A stretch of 64,000 bases of DNA from a virus. Taxonomy: Duplodnaviria > Heunggongvirae > Uroviricota > Caudoviricetes. The stretch is from positions 5,853 through 69,852 of IMG/VR virus record IMGVR_UViG_2654587728_000014; one strand, written 5' to 3'. Every line of letters starts with the position of its first letter. The stretch's first letter is position 1. Positions 29,054-38,038 of this stretch are shown in pieces. Made by a program: the position numbers and the translations under genes. The notes below the pieces were generated by a model that ran no database searches, had not been told where the DNA came from, and saw nothing but the letters and a program-made list of their open reading frames with translations.

Positions 29054-29574
29054 TGTCAAAGATTGAGATAAACCGCATCACGAATGCCAACATCTATCTG
29101 GATGGTACTAACCTGCTGGGACGGGCTGAGGAAGTTAAACTCCCCGATGTCTCCATGATTATGCAGGAACACAAGGCGCTGGGGATGGTGGGTAAGGTGG
29201 AACTCCCGGCTGGTTTTGACAAACTGGAAGGCGAAATCAAATGGAACAGCTTTTACCGCGATGCGATGCTGTCTGCCGCTAACCCGTACAGGTCGCTGGC
29301 ACTGCAGTGTCGTTCCAGCGTCCAGCGCTACAGCTCGCAGGGGCTGATTGACGAAATCCCGCTGGTCACCTTCCTGACGATTATGTTCAAGAAGAACCCT
29401 CTGGGGACGTTCAAACAGCACGAGAACGCCGAGTTCTCCAGTAGCTTCACCTGCACGTATATCAGACAGGTACTGGATGGTGAAGAGCTGCTGCAACTGG
29501 ACTATCTGGCCAACATCTTCCGGGTCGGCGGTGTTGATCAACTGACTGACTACCGTATCAATATCGGGGGCTGA
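29053..29574 (+). CDS. tail tube protein
   Basis: 173 aa following sheath. Confidence 0.7.
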   Translation: MSKIEINRITNANIYLDGTNLLGRAEEVKLPDVSMIMQEHKALGMVGKVELPAGFDKLEGEIKWNSFYRDAMLSAANPYRSLALQCRSSVQRYSSQGLIDEIPLVTFLTIMFKKNPLGTFKQHENAEFSSSFTCTYIRQVLDGEELLQLDYLANIFRVGGVDQLTDYRINIGG

Positions 29575-29652
29575 CGATGAGTGTTGAACTGACGGATAAA
29601 GGAAGACGATGTGCGGCACTGGGCATGTCAAATGGTACGTGGTTAACCCTCC

Positions 29653-29859
29653 TTGATATTCCGGGGGGTGGAAACCCTTTTTAATACCCGTAAAACCAAT
29701 GACCCGATTGACTGCACACGTTCAAAGGCCCGCAAACTGGCGGATTTGATTGAAGCATGGGAGCCTCCCGACCACTGGTTCTCCGGCACCGGCAAATCTG
29801 AGGGAAAGACGCTTCTCATCGCTTTCCTGCGTAACTGCAAGGGGTTTCGCACTTGCTGA
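29653..29859 (+). CDS. hypothetical small protein
   Basis: 68-aa ORF followed by hairpin terminator at 29867-29888. Confidence 0.25.
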   Translation: MIFRGVETLFNTRKTNDPIDCTRSKARKLADLIEAWEPPDHWFSGTGKSEGKTLLIAFLRNCKGFRTC

Positions 29860-29866
29860 CATCACA

Positions 29867-29888
29867 GGGGCTCCGGCCCCTTCTTCTT
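29867..29888 (+). terminator. intrinsic terminator hairpin
   Basis: GGGGCTCCGGCCCC followed by TTCTTCTT. Confidence 0.35.
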
Positions 29889-29956
29889 AATCTCCTTTAA
29901 TATCCGTCACGCGCTTCTCCCGACATACTGCCCTGAACTTACACAGGAGCACAATC

Positions 29957-30229
29957 ATGTCACAGACCCCATCCGATACTTTTAAATTGTCTTATCCCTT
30001 CACCACTGCTGCAGGCACCAGAATTGAGCAGGTTGAACTGAAACGCCTGACGGTAAAAGACCTGAAGCAGGTGCGCAAAATCAGCAAAAACCCGGCAGAC
30101 TGGGACGAACCGCTGATTGCCCGCAGTACTGGTCTTCTCCCGGAAGATCTCGACAATATGGATCTGGCTGATTACCTGCAGTTACAGAAACGATTTCAGC
30201 TCATCACGGGGATGGGTGAGAGCAACTAG
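29957..30229 (+). CDS. tail assembly chaperone (upstream of tape measure)
   Basis: 90 aa acidic protein in the position of P2 E / lambda G. Confidence 0.5.
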   Translation: MSQTPSDTFKLSYPFTTAAGTRIEQVELKRLTVKDLKQVRKISKNPADWDEPLIARSTGLLPEDLDNMDLADYLQLQKRFQLITGMGESN

Positions 30230-30374
30230 GGCGCTGACGCAGGCGCAGGGGCTGCTGGCGAGATGGTTCCGGTTTCAGCCGGGGGAGATTGATGCCCTCG
30301 ATACTGACGATCTGGAGATGTGGCTGGAGCAGGCTGAAGAGCAAATAAAAAGCGAGTACGGCGACAAATCATAG
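30210..30374 (+). CDS. candidate frameshift extension of the tail assembly chaperone (+1 frame)
   Basis: +1 frame relative to 29957-30229 continues as an acidic protein-like sequence (EIDALDTDDLEMWLEQAEEQIKSEYGDKS) past the zero-frame TAG at 30227. Confidence 0.35.
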   Translation, partial: GWVRATRALTQAQGLLARWFRFQPGEIDALDTDDLEMWLEQAEEQIKSEYGDKS

Positions 30375-30449
30375 TACAGACAGCCGCCAGTAGCGGCTGT
30401 TCTGCGTTATCCCCTCACGTCTTCTCACCTTCCCCGGAGGTTAACCACT

Positions 30450-33140
30450 ATGTCGGGACAGTTTTCAGTCGGCGTTGTTATCGGCGGGATGATTGGTAGC
30501 ACATTCCGTTCTGCAATGAGCGGTACCCGCCGTGCGCTTGATTCCCTGAGCGATACCTCACGCCGCCTGCAGGAACGTCAGAACGCTTTAACCCGTGCAA
30601 CAGAACGTTATGGTCAACTGGGTTCTTCCCGGATGCAGCATCTCAACAGCGAGCTGCTGCGGGTAAGCCGCACCATGGAGCAAATTGAGCGCCAGCAGCG
30701 CCGTCTGTCAGCGGCATCCGCTACCAGTGATGCGCTGAAAGCTAACCGCATGGCGCTGTATGGTCAGGGGATTGAAGCGTATGGCATGGCACAGACTGTT
30801 TATCATACGGTTTCCCCTGCCGTTCAGCAGTCCATGTCTTTTCAGGACAAAATGATTGATATGTCGATCACCGCAAAATATGACAATAAAACGCGGGATG
30901 GACTTGCCGGACAGATAAAAGGCTGGGCGCTTAAATACAATCAGTATCAGGATGAGCTGCAGGAGGCGGTGGGTTCACTCATCAGCGACAATATTGATAA
31001 TGTGTCAGATATCGGTTTTCTGATGCCGGATATTGCCCGCGCGGCAACGGCAACACGCACGTCTGCTCAGGACTGGGCAAAAGTGGCCGCAGTCTGGCAA
31101 AACTCCCTGAAAGGTGCGGCCAGAGATTTTGGTGCCGTTCAGAATATTATGGCTTATGCCGGTGACCAGGGGTCATTTGAAATCCCGGATCAGGTCAAGT
31201 GGATGCAGTCCCTGGCCCCAATGATGGCGGGTATTGCCAGTGGAAAAGAGGCTGTTGCTGAAATCGGGGCCAGTCTCCAGATAGCAAAAATCGGTGCAGG
31301 TTCCACCGACGAAGCAGCCAATAATTTTAAAAACTTTCTTACCAAAATTTTTGCCCGCGATACTCAGAAACAGTTTGCTGATCTGGGTATTGATTTGCAG
31401 GGATCTATTGCGAGTTATAAAGCTGCGGGGATCTCTCCGATTGAAGGGATGTTGAGTGTTATAGAACGTTACCTCAATGCCAAAAGCCCCGAAGCGCTGG
31501 CCGGCTTCAAATCAGCCATGAAAATAAAGAATGATACGGCAAGAGATGAGGCACTTCAGGCTCTGGCGAAAAACTTTGGTCTGGGCGATATGTTCGCGGA
31601 TATGCAGGTCATGGCATTTATCCGCCCGATGCTGGCCAACATGGACAGATATCGAGAGATCCGTGCCGGTGCTCTCAGGGCTGCGGATAACGATTTGCTT
31701 GCCAGTGCTTATGATCAGCGGCTGAAATCTCCCCTTGAAGCCACTAAAACACTTATGGTCAGCAGTCGCGATCTGGCAATTACGCTGGGCGATCAATTAG
31801 CTCCATCTTTTATTTCTTTGACTCAGGAACTGCTTCCACTCATTCAGGGGGCAAAACACTGGGTAGCGACTCACCCGCAATTTGTCAGTGGGGCTTTTAA
31901 GCTCATCAGTGCGCTCCTTGCGATTAAGATAGCGACTGTTGGTCTCAAACTGGGGCTGAATCTCCTTATTTCCCCCTTTGTAAGTGTCTGGAAAAATGCT
32001 GTTTTACTTCGGGCCAACTGGCTTCGTCTGTCGCTCGCACTGGGGCAAGGCGGTAAGCTCCGCTGGCTGGTGACCGGATTTAGCGCCGTCGCCAGAGGAG
32101 CCAGAACACTGAGTGGCGTGCTCTCCGGGGGGCTGGTTCGCGGAATTATGCTCGCCGGACGTGCTGTTCTCTGGATTGGACGTGCGCTGATGATGAATCC
32201 CATCGGTCTCGTTATCACCGCTGTCGCGGCAGCAGCTTACCTTATCTACCGCAACTGGGGGGCAGTCAGTGGCTGGTTTAAACAGCGCTGGGCAGACATT
32301 CAGGAAGCCTTTAACGGCGGCATTGTGGGAATTGGTAAGTTACTGATTAACTGGTCGCCGGCAGGCCTGCTCTATAAAGCCTTTGCAGCTGCGCTGAAAT
32401 ATCTTGGTGTTGATCTGCCGGCAAAGTTTACCGACTTCGGTGGCCATCTTGTCGATGGTCTGATTAACGGTATCAAAAACAAATGGGAGTCGCTCAAATC
32501 CAGTGTAACCGGAATGGGTGACAGCATCAGTGGCTGGTTCAGCGAAAAGCTGGGCATTCATTCGCCGAGCCGCGTGTTTATGGGCTTTGGTGACAATATC
32601 GCGCAGGGGGCCGCCATTGGCCTGCAGCGGACCACTCCGCTTGCAGCTCTGGCCGGGCAGCGAATGGCCAGTGAACTGCTCCCCAGAATGCCCGTGAGCA
32701 TCCAGGGGCCAGAAATACGGGATAACACTTCAGGTGTTCGCTTCAGTATGCCGTTGCCCGATATCAATGGGTTTATGTCGTCTGCTAAAAATGCGATCGG
32801 AGCCGTAATCAATAGTTTGTCTTCCATGCCCGCTATTCCGCTCTCCACCCGGGCATCGATTTTACCAGGGCAACGTCTGGCAAATGAGATGACACCGGAT
32901 GTTCCCCGTATCCCCTCGCCTGAAATCCTGGCTGCCGGATATTCAGGCCGTGGTGCAGCTGCAACCGGCGGTGGAACGTCTGGTGGTATCCAGGTCAGCT
33001 TTAATCCTCAGTTTTTCCTCAATGGCAGGGAAACCACAGCGCCTGCAGGACTGACTGGTGCCCTGAATATGAGTCTGCATGAGCTGGAAAAAATGCTGGA
33101 GCGTCTGCTGGCTCAGAAACAACGTAAGGAGTACCGCTGA
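30450..33140 (+). CDS. tail tape-measure protein
   Basis: 896 aa, helical N-terminal half and Gly/Ala-rich hydrophobic central segments. Confidence 0.85.
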   Translation: MSGQFSVGVVIGGMIGSTFRSAMSGTRRALDSLSDTSRRLQERQNALTRATERYGQLGSSRMQHLNSELLRVSRTMEQIERQQRRLSAASATSDALKANRMALYGQGIEAYGMAQTVYHTVSPAVQQSMSFQDKMIDMSITAKYDNKTRDGLAGQIKGWALKYNQYQDELQEAVGSLISDNIDNVSDIGFLMPDIARAATATRTSAQDWAKVAAVWQNSLKGAARDFGAVQNIMAYAGDQGSFEIPDQVKWMQSLAPMMAGIASGKEAVAEIGASLQIAKIGAGSTDEAANNFKNFLTKIFARDTQKQFADLGIDLQGSIASYKAAGISPIEGMLSVIERYLNAKSPEALAGFKSAMKIKNDTARDEALQALAKNFGLGDMFADMQVMAFIRPMLANMDRYREIRAGALRAADNDLLASAYDQRLKSPLEATKTLMVSSRDLAITLGDQLAPSFISLTQELLPLIQGAKHWVATHPQFVSGAFKLISALLAIKIATVGLKLGLNLLISPFVSVWKNAVLLRANWLRLSLALGQGGKLRWLVTGFSAVARGARTLSGVLSGGLVRGIMLAGRAVLWIGRALMMNPIGLVITAVAAAAYLIYRNWGAVSGWFKQRWADIQEAFNGGIVGIGKLLINWSPAGLLYKAFAAALKYLGVDLPAKFTDFGGHLVDGLINGIKNKWESLKSSVTGMGDSISGWFSEKLGIHSPSRVFMGFGDNIAQGAAIGLQRTTPLAALAGQRMASELLPRMPVSIQGPEIRDNTSGVRFSMPLPDINGFMSSAKNAIGAVINSLSSMPAIPLSTRASILPGQRLANEMTPDVPRIPSPEILAAGYSGRGAAATGGGTSGGIQVSFNPQFFLNGRETTAPAGLTGALNMSLHELEKMLERLLAQKQRKEYR

Positions 33141-34024
33141 TGTTTGCCGTACTGGGTGATATTGAGTTTGAGCTGATTACCTACTGGGACGGCTTCGAGG
33201 CCACGTTCGGCGTCGATTATGCGGAGCATGCCCGCATCGGGGGTAAGCCTGGCCTGCAGTTCGTCGGCGACAGGCTGGACGAAATCCAGATAACTCTGGT
33301 TTTCCATCAGCATTATTGTGTACCCGATGTGGAGCTGGCGAGACTGCGAACAGCCATGAAAGCCCATCAGGCACTGGCGCTGGTCTTCGGCAACGGTGAC
33401 TATCGCGGCTGGTTCGTGATTACCGATGTGACTGCAACCAGCGAGCAGACTGACAGTACCGGCAACGTGCTGGCTGTCAGTGCCACCGTGTCTCTCCGGG
33501 AATACACCGGTGACCCGAAAAATCCTCTGCAACCACCGGCAATACGCACGAAGCTCCCGGGTGTCGGGGCGGTCTCCGGTGCCATACCTTCACCTTCAGG
33601 GGTGGCGCAGTTCATCCGCAACGGCGTCAACTATGCGAAACAGGCGCAGTCTGTACTCCAGACCACTATCAGCGCCGTTCGGGTGACACAGAAAATGAAG
33701 GATAACCCCGTTGTCGCACTGACCCGTGTGCCGGGGCTGATGAGCGGACTGGGTAATATCTCCGGGGCTCTGGGGAAAAGTGTTCCGGCGTTTAACGCAC
33801 TCTCTGAATCCATGCCCGATGCCATCAGTCTGGCCAGAACAGCCAGCGAAGCAGCCACGTATGTACAGCAGGCACAGTCTGCGCTGAGTGGTGTGGACAA
33901 AAGAAATATTGCAGGTGCTCTGGATACCGTTTCCGGGCAGCTTAACGCCGCCGGCACAGCATTCAACCGCATGTCTCCGGAATTAAGTGCAATGGCCGCC
34001 AGAATACTGACGAGGAGTGTGTGA
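33140..34024 (+). CDS. tail protein with P2 gpU-like N-terminal domain
   Basis: Starts MFAVLGDIEFELITY, parallel to the gpU-like start at 2841-3335. Confidence 0.55.
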   Translation: MFAVLGDIEFELITYWDGFEATFGVDYAEHARIGGKPGLQFVGDRLDEIQITLVFHQHYCVPDVELARLRTAMKAHQALALVFGNGDYRGWFVITDVTATSEQTDSTGNVLAVSATVSLREYTGDPKNPLQPPAIRTKLPGVGAVSGAIPSPSGVAQFIRNGVNYAKQAQSVLQTTISAVRVTQKMKDNPVVALTRVPGLMSGLGNISGALGKSVPAFNALSESMPDAISLARTASEAATYVQQAQSALSGVDKRNIAGALDTVSGQLNAAGTAFNRMSPELSAMAARILTRSV

Positions 34025-34236
34025 TGTTTCTTGAACATGTTACCCGTGACGGAGAGCGCTGGGATTCGCTGGCATGGCAGTACTACGGTGACCCGCTGGG
34101 CTATCCCCGGATTATTGCCGCCAATCCGCACGTGGCCATCACGCCGGTGCTGCCCTCCGGGCTGTTGTTACTGATCCCGGTGATTGAGGCTGAAGAAGCC
34201 CGTACAGAAGAGGATATTGCCCCATGGCTGAGATAA
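34021..34236 (+). CDS. tail protein X-like (LysM-like)
   Basis: 71 aa; GERWDSLAWQYYGDP pattern like P2 gpX. Confidence 0.5.
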   Translation: MMFLEHVTRDGERWDSLAWQYYGDPLGYPRIIAANPHVAITPVLPSGLLLLIPVIEAEEARTEEDIAPWLR

Positions 34237-35378
34237 ACAGCACTGCGCAAGTCACATCAGCGTTAACCGGCGTCAGCGATGTGCTGACACCGGTGTTCAC
34301 TTTGTGGTATCTGCAGAAAAACATCACCTCTGATATCGCGCCTTATGTCACCCGTGTGACCTGGAGCGATAACATCAAAAATGAGTCCGATACCATTGAG
34401 GTGGAGCTGGACGACACCGATGGCCGCTGGCTGGATAAATGGTATCCGGGCAAGGGTGACACGCTGACGCTGAAAATGGGCTATCAGGGCGAGAAGCTGC
34501 TGTCCTGCGGTACGTTCTCTATAGACGAGATCGAAGTGAGTTCGCCCGCTTCCGTTGTTTCTATCCGTGGGGTGGCCACCTCGGTTAACAGTGCCCTGCG
34601 GACTAAAACCAGTCGTGGTTTTGAGAACACCACGCTGGCAGCTGTTGCGGGGCGGATTGCCAGAAAGCACCGACTGAAACTGGTGGGCAGCATTGAGTCC
34701 ATCAGAATCGACCGGGTGACCCAGTATGCTGAAACCGACGTGGGTTTTCTGCGCCGGCTGGCCAGCGAGTATGGTTATGCAGTGAAAGTGGTCAGTGACC
34801 AGCTGATTTTTTCTCATCTGGCCACACTGCGCAGTCAGGAGCCGGTCAGGCAGTTAAAACCGCAGGATGTGGCCCGCTTTTCCCTGCGTGACACCATCAA
34901 CCGGGTCTATAAATCTGCAAAGGTAAAACACCAGAAAAGCAGCAGTAAAAAACTGATCGTCTACGAAGCTGATGGTGGTACCCGTGAAAGCGACAAAAAG
35001 CTCAAAGGTGGTAAGGTTACCAGCGCTGACTCACTTAAAGTTAACAGCCGCGTCAGCGACCCGGACAGTGCCCGGATTAAAGCGGATTCAGCACTGGCCA
35101 GACATAACGAATACCAGCAGAACGGCTCCCTGACGCTGACGGGAACACCTCAACTGACAGCAGGCAACAAAATTGAACTGGTGGGTTTTGGGCAGTTATC
35201 CGGGCCATGGCTCATAACCACTGCCCGCCATGCGTTTGACCGTAACAGCGGCTACACCACAGAGCTGGAAGTGGCACGGGGGCCAGTCACAAGAGGGAAA
35301 AAACAAAAAACTCAGAAACTCACGGTTTATCACCCGGATGGCAGTACATCGACGGTGATTAAGGAGAAGAAAAAATGA
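34224..35378 (+). CDS. tail protein, P2 gpD / Mu P-like
   Basis: 384 aa in the position after tape measure and X. Confidence 0.7.
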   Translation: MAEINSTAQVTSALTGVSDVLTPVFTLWYLQKNITSDIAPYVTRVTWSDNIKNESDTIEVELDDTDGRWLDKWYPGKGDTLTLKMGYQGEKLLSCGTFSIDEIEVSSPASVVSIRGVATSVNSALRTKTSRGFENTTLAAVAGRIARKHRLKLVGSIESIRIDRVTQYAETDVGFLRRLASEYGYAVKVVSDQLIFSHLATLRSQEPVRQLKPQDVARFSLRDTINRVYKSAKVKHQKSSSKKLIVYEADGGTRESDKKLKGGKVTSADSLKVNSRVSDPDSARIKADSALARHNEYQQNGSLTLTGTPQLTAGNKIELVGFGQLSGPWLITTARHAFDRNSGYTTELEVARGPVTRGKKQKTQKLTVYHPDGSTSTVIKEKKK

Positions 35379-35971
35379 CTGGTGTCACTCGTCAGGTCGG
35401 TACGGTCAGTGCCGTTGATGCCGACAGGGTTCAGGCCCGCGTTCGTCTGCCTGAATGCGATAACCTGCGCACAAACTGGCTTAACGTGCTGCAGCGCAAT
35501 ACCCAGGATAACAAAGATTACTGGCTCCCTGACGTGGGGGAGCAGGTTGAGGTGCTGCTCGATGCCAACGGCGAGGATGGTGTTATTCTGGGCGCGGTGT
35601 ATTCAGACGTCGATAAACCACCGTTCAGTGACAAAAATATCCGGGGAACCCGGTTTGCTGATGGTGCAGAGTACAGCTACAACCGGAAGACGCACACTCT
35701 GACCATCCGGGGCGGCATTGAGCATATTGTCATTGAGTGTGGTGCTGATGTGGTATTGAAAACACAGAAAGCCACGATTGACGCACCGGAAACCGAACTT
35801 ACCGGAGATCTGCGTGTCAGGGGTAAGCTGATTTACGAAGGAGGCATGGCGGGTTCTGGTGGTGAAGGTGTTACCGCGACCATCCATGGCAATATCGAGA
35901 TTAAAGGGAATGCCCATGCCACGGGCAGTATGTTGTCTGATGGCGAAAACTCCAGCCACCACTCCCACTGA
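35375..35971 (+). CDS. baseplate assembly protein V (spike)
   Basis: 198 aa; order V-W-J-I. Confidence 0.7.
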   Translation: MTGVTRQVGTVSAVDADRVQARVRLPECDNLRTNWLNVLQRNTQDNKDYWLPDVGEQVEVLLDANGEDGVILGAVYSDVDKPPFSDKNIRGTRFADGAEYSYNRKTHTLTIRGGIEHIVIECGADVVLKTQKATIDAPETELTGDLRVRGKLIYEGGMAGSGGEGVTATIHGNIEIKGNAHATGSMLSDGENSSHHSH

Positions 35972-36025
35972 GCTTTTTAAACGCCTTTAATATCAGCGTT
36001 CCCGCACGGGGGCAATACTGCCCCC

Positions 36026-36373
36026 ATGAAAACAACCTCAGTATTCTGGCAACCGACCCTGCAGGCTCCCGGCGAAATTGTCCGGGGGCTGGATGATATC
36101 CGGCAGGCGATTCAAATTATCCTGCGGACTCCCCGCGGCAGCGACCCGCATCGCCCGGAGTTCGGCAGCAATCTGCATCTTTATATCGACTGGCCTGTAG
36201 ACCGGGCCATTCCGCATGTGGTGCGCGAATCCGTCGATGCCATCCGGCGCTGGGAGCCCCGCTGCCAGCTTATGTCAGTTAAACCCGCCGTCGACGGCGA
36301 ACATCTTACGCTCCGGGTGAGCTGGAAAGGCTCAGACGGACAGACCCGGACTCAGGAGCTGCTATGGCGCTGA
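36026..36373 (+). CDS. baseplate protein W (gp25-like)
   Basis: 115 aa between V and J. Confidence 0.65.
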   Translation: MKTTSVFWQPTLQAPGEIVRGLDDIRQAIQIILRTPRGSDPHRPEFGSNLHLYIDWPVDRAIPHVVRESVDAIRRWEPRCQLMSVKPAVDGEHLTLRVSWKGSDGQTRTQELLWR

Positions 36374-37467
36374 CAGAACCCGATTTTATTGAACGCGATG
36401 CCGACAAAATCACGGCAGAAATGATTGCGAAGTATGAAGCGGATACCGGCAAAACGCTGTACCCGGCACAGGCAGAACGTCTGCTGATTGATCTGTGGGC
36501 CTATCGCGAAATGCTGGTCAGGGTTGCGGTACAGGAGGCAGCAAAGCAGAATCTGGTCGCCTTTGCCCGTGAGCCGATGATTGATTACCTCGGTGAACTG
36601 GTCGGTGTATACCGTCTTGCCGCGCAGCCTGCCACTACCACGCTCCAGTTCTCCGTAGATGAGGCACTGGCCATTGATGTGCTGATCCCGGCAGGCACCC
36701 GCGTCAGCGCTTCCGACAGCGTTATTTTTGCCACCGATACAGATGTGGTACTGAAGGCCGGATTGCTGCTGGTCAATGTCACGTCCACCTGTACCGAACC
36801 CGGTACCGCTGGTAACGGCTGGCAACCTGCGCAGGTCAGTCAGTTACTCGATGAGATTGATAACGTCGACCTGCTGGTGAGCAATCTGACGGCCAGTTCC
36901 GGCGGTTCAGAACAGGAAGACGATGACAGGCTCCGGGAGCGTATCAGGCTGGCCCCGGAGTCATTCACCAATGCCGGAAGCCGTGGCGCATACCGCTTTC
37001 ATGCCATGCAGGCCCATCCCAACATTGTCGATGTTGCTGTGCTTTCCCCGGTTCCCGGGACCGTAGATCTGTATCCGCTGCTCAGTACCGGTCTGCCGGA
37101 CGGCGGTGTTCTCACGCTGGTAGAGAGTTTCTGCTCTGATGAGAAAGTCAGGCCACTCACTGATACAGTGCGGGCTAAAACACCAGTGAAGGTGGATTAC
37201 ACCATTGAAGCCAAGATTACGATCTATCGTGATCAGGATGCCAGGTCTGTAAAAGATGCCGCTAACAGCGCCATACAGAACTGGGTGGCATCACGTGCCG
37301 CCACGCTGGGGCGCGATATTGTCCCCAGCCAGATTATCAGTGCATTGTCCGTTTCCGGGGTGTACCAGGTTGAACTGGTGACACCGGCACTGCGGGTGGT
37401 GGCAGAAAACGAATGGGCAAACTGTACGGCAATCACTCTTAACATGACTGGAGTGTCTGATGACTGA
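36364..37467 (+). CDS. baseplate protein J
   Basis: 367 aa. Confidence 0.75.
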   Translation: MALTEPDFIERDADKITAEMIAKYEADTGKTLYPAQAERLLIDLWAYREMLVRVAVQEAAKQNLVAFAREPMIDYLGELVGVYRLAAQPATTTLQFSVDEALAIDVLIPAGTRVSASDSVIFATDTDVVLKAGLLLVNVTSTCTEPGTAGNGWQPAQVSQLLDEIDNVDLLVSNLTASSGGSEQEDDDRLRERIRLAPESFTNAGSRGAYRFHAMQAHPNIVDVAVLSPVPGTVDLYPLLSTGLPDGGVLTLVESFCSDEKVRPLTDTVRAKTPVKVDYTIEAKITIYRDQDARSVKDAANSAIQNWVASRAATLGRDIVPSQIISALSVSGVYQVELVTPALRVVAENEWANCTAITLNMTGVSDD

Positions 37468-38038
37468 GCCATTACAACTCCCGCCACCGCTTGAGGGTGA
37501 TATCAGTCTCAGGACGCTGGGAAGACTGGCAGGACGGCTGGATAACATCGACCTGAGCGTACTGATGGTCTTTCTCGTCGATATCGTCGACAGTTCCGCG
37601 CTGCCATGGCTGGGCGAGCAGTTCTCACTGTCTGGCGATGGCTGGGAGCTGGCGGAATCGGACGATGTTCGCCGCATGCTTATAAAAGCAGCCATCGAAC
37701 TGCACCGGTATAAAGGGACGCCGTGGTCAATCCGGGAAGTTATCCGCCGTTTTGGCTTTGGTGAAGTGGATCTGATTGAAGGCACAGGTCGTCTCAGTTA
37801 CGACGGCAATCGCAGCTATAACGGACTGTTTGTTCATGGAGATGCAGCCGCCTGGGCAGTTTATCGCGTTATTCTGAAACAGCCCATTACTAACGATCAG
37901 GCCGCGATGCTGCGTCAGACGCTCGCTGCATTTGCACCGGCCCGCTGCCATCTGGCCAGCCTGGAGTATCAGTCTGTGGCCATTCGCTATAACAATACCG
38001 CCATCCATGATGGCAGTTATAACCACGGGAGCAGTTGA
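37460..38038 (+). CDS. tail protein I (baseplate, fibre attachment)
   Basis: 192 aa between J and the tail fibre. Confidence 0.65.
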   Translation: MTEPLQLPPPLEGDISLRTLGRLAGRLDNIDLSVLMVFLVDIVDSSALPWLGEQFSLSGDGWELAESDDVRRMLIKAAIELHRYKGTPWSIREVIRRFGFGEVDLIEGTGRLSYDGNRSYNGLFVHGDAAAWAVYRVILKQPITNDQAAMLRQTLAAFAPARCHLASLEYQSVAIRYNNTAIHDGSYNHGSS

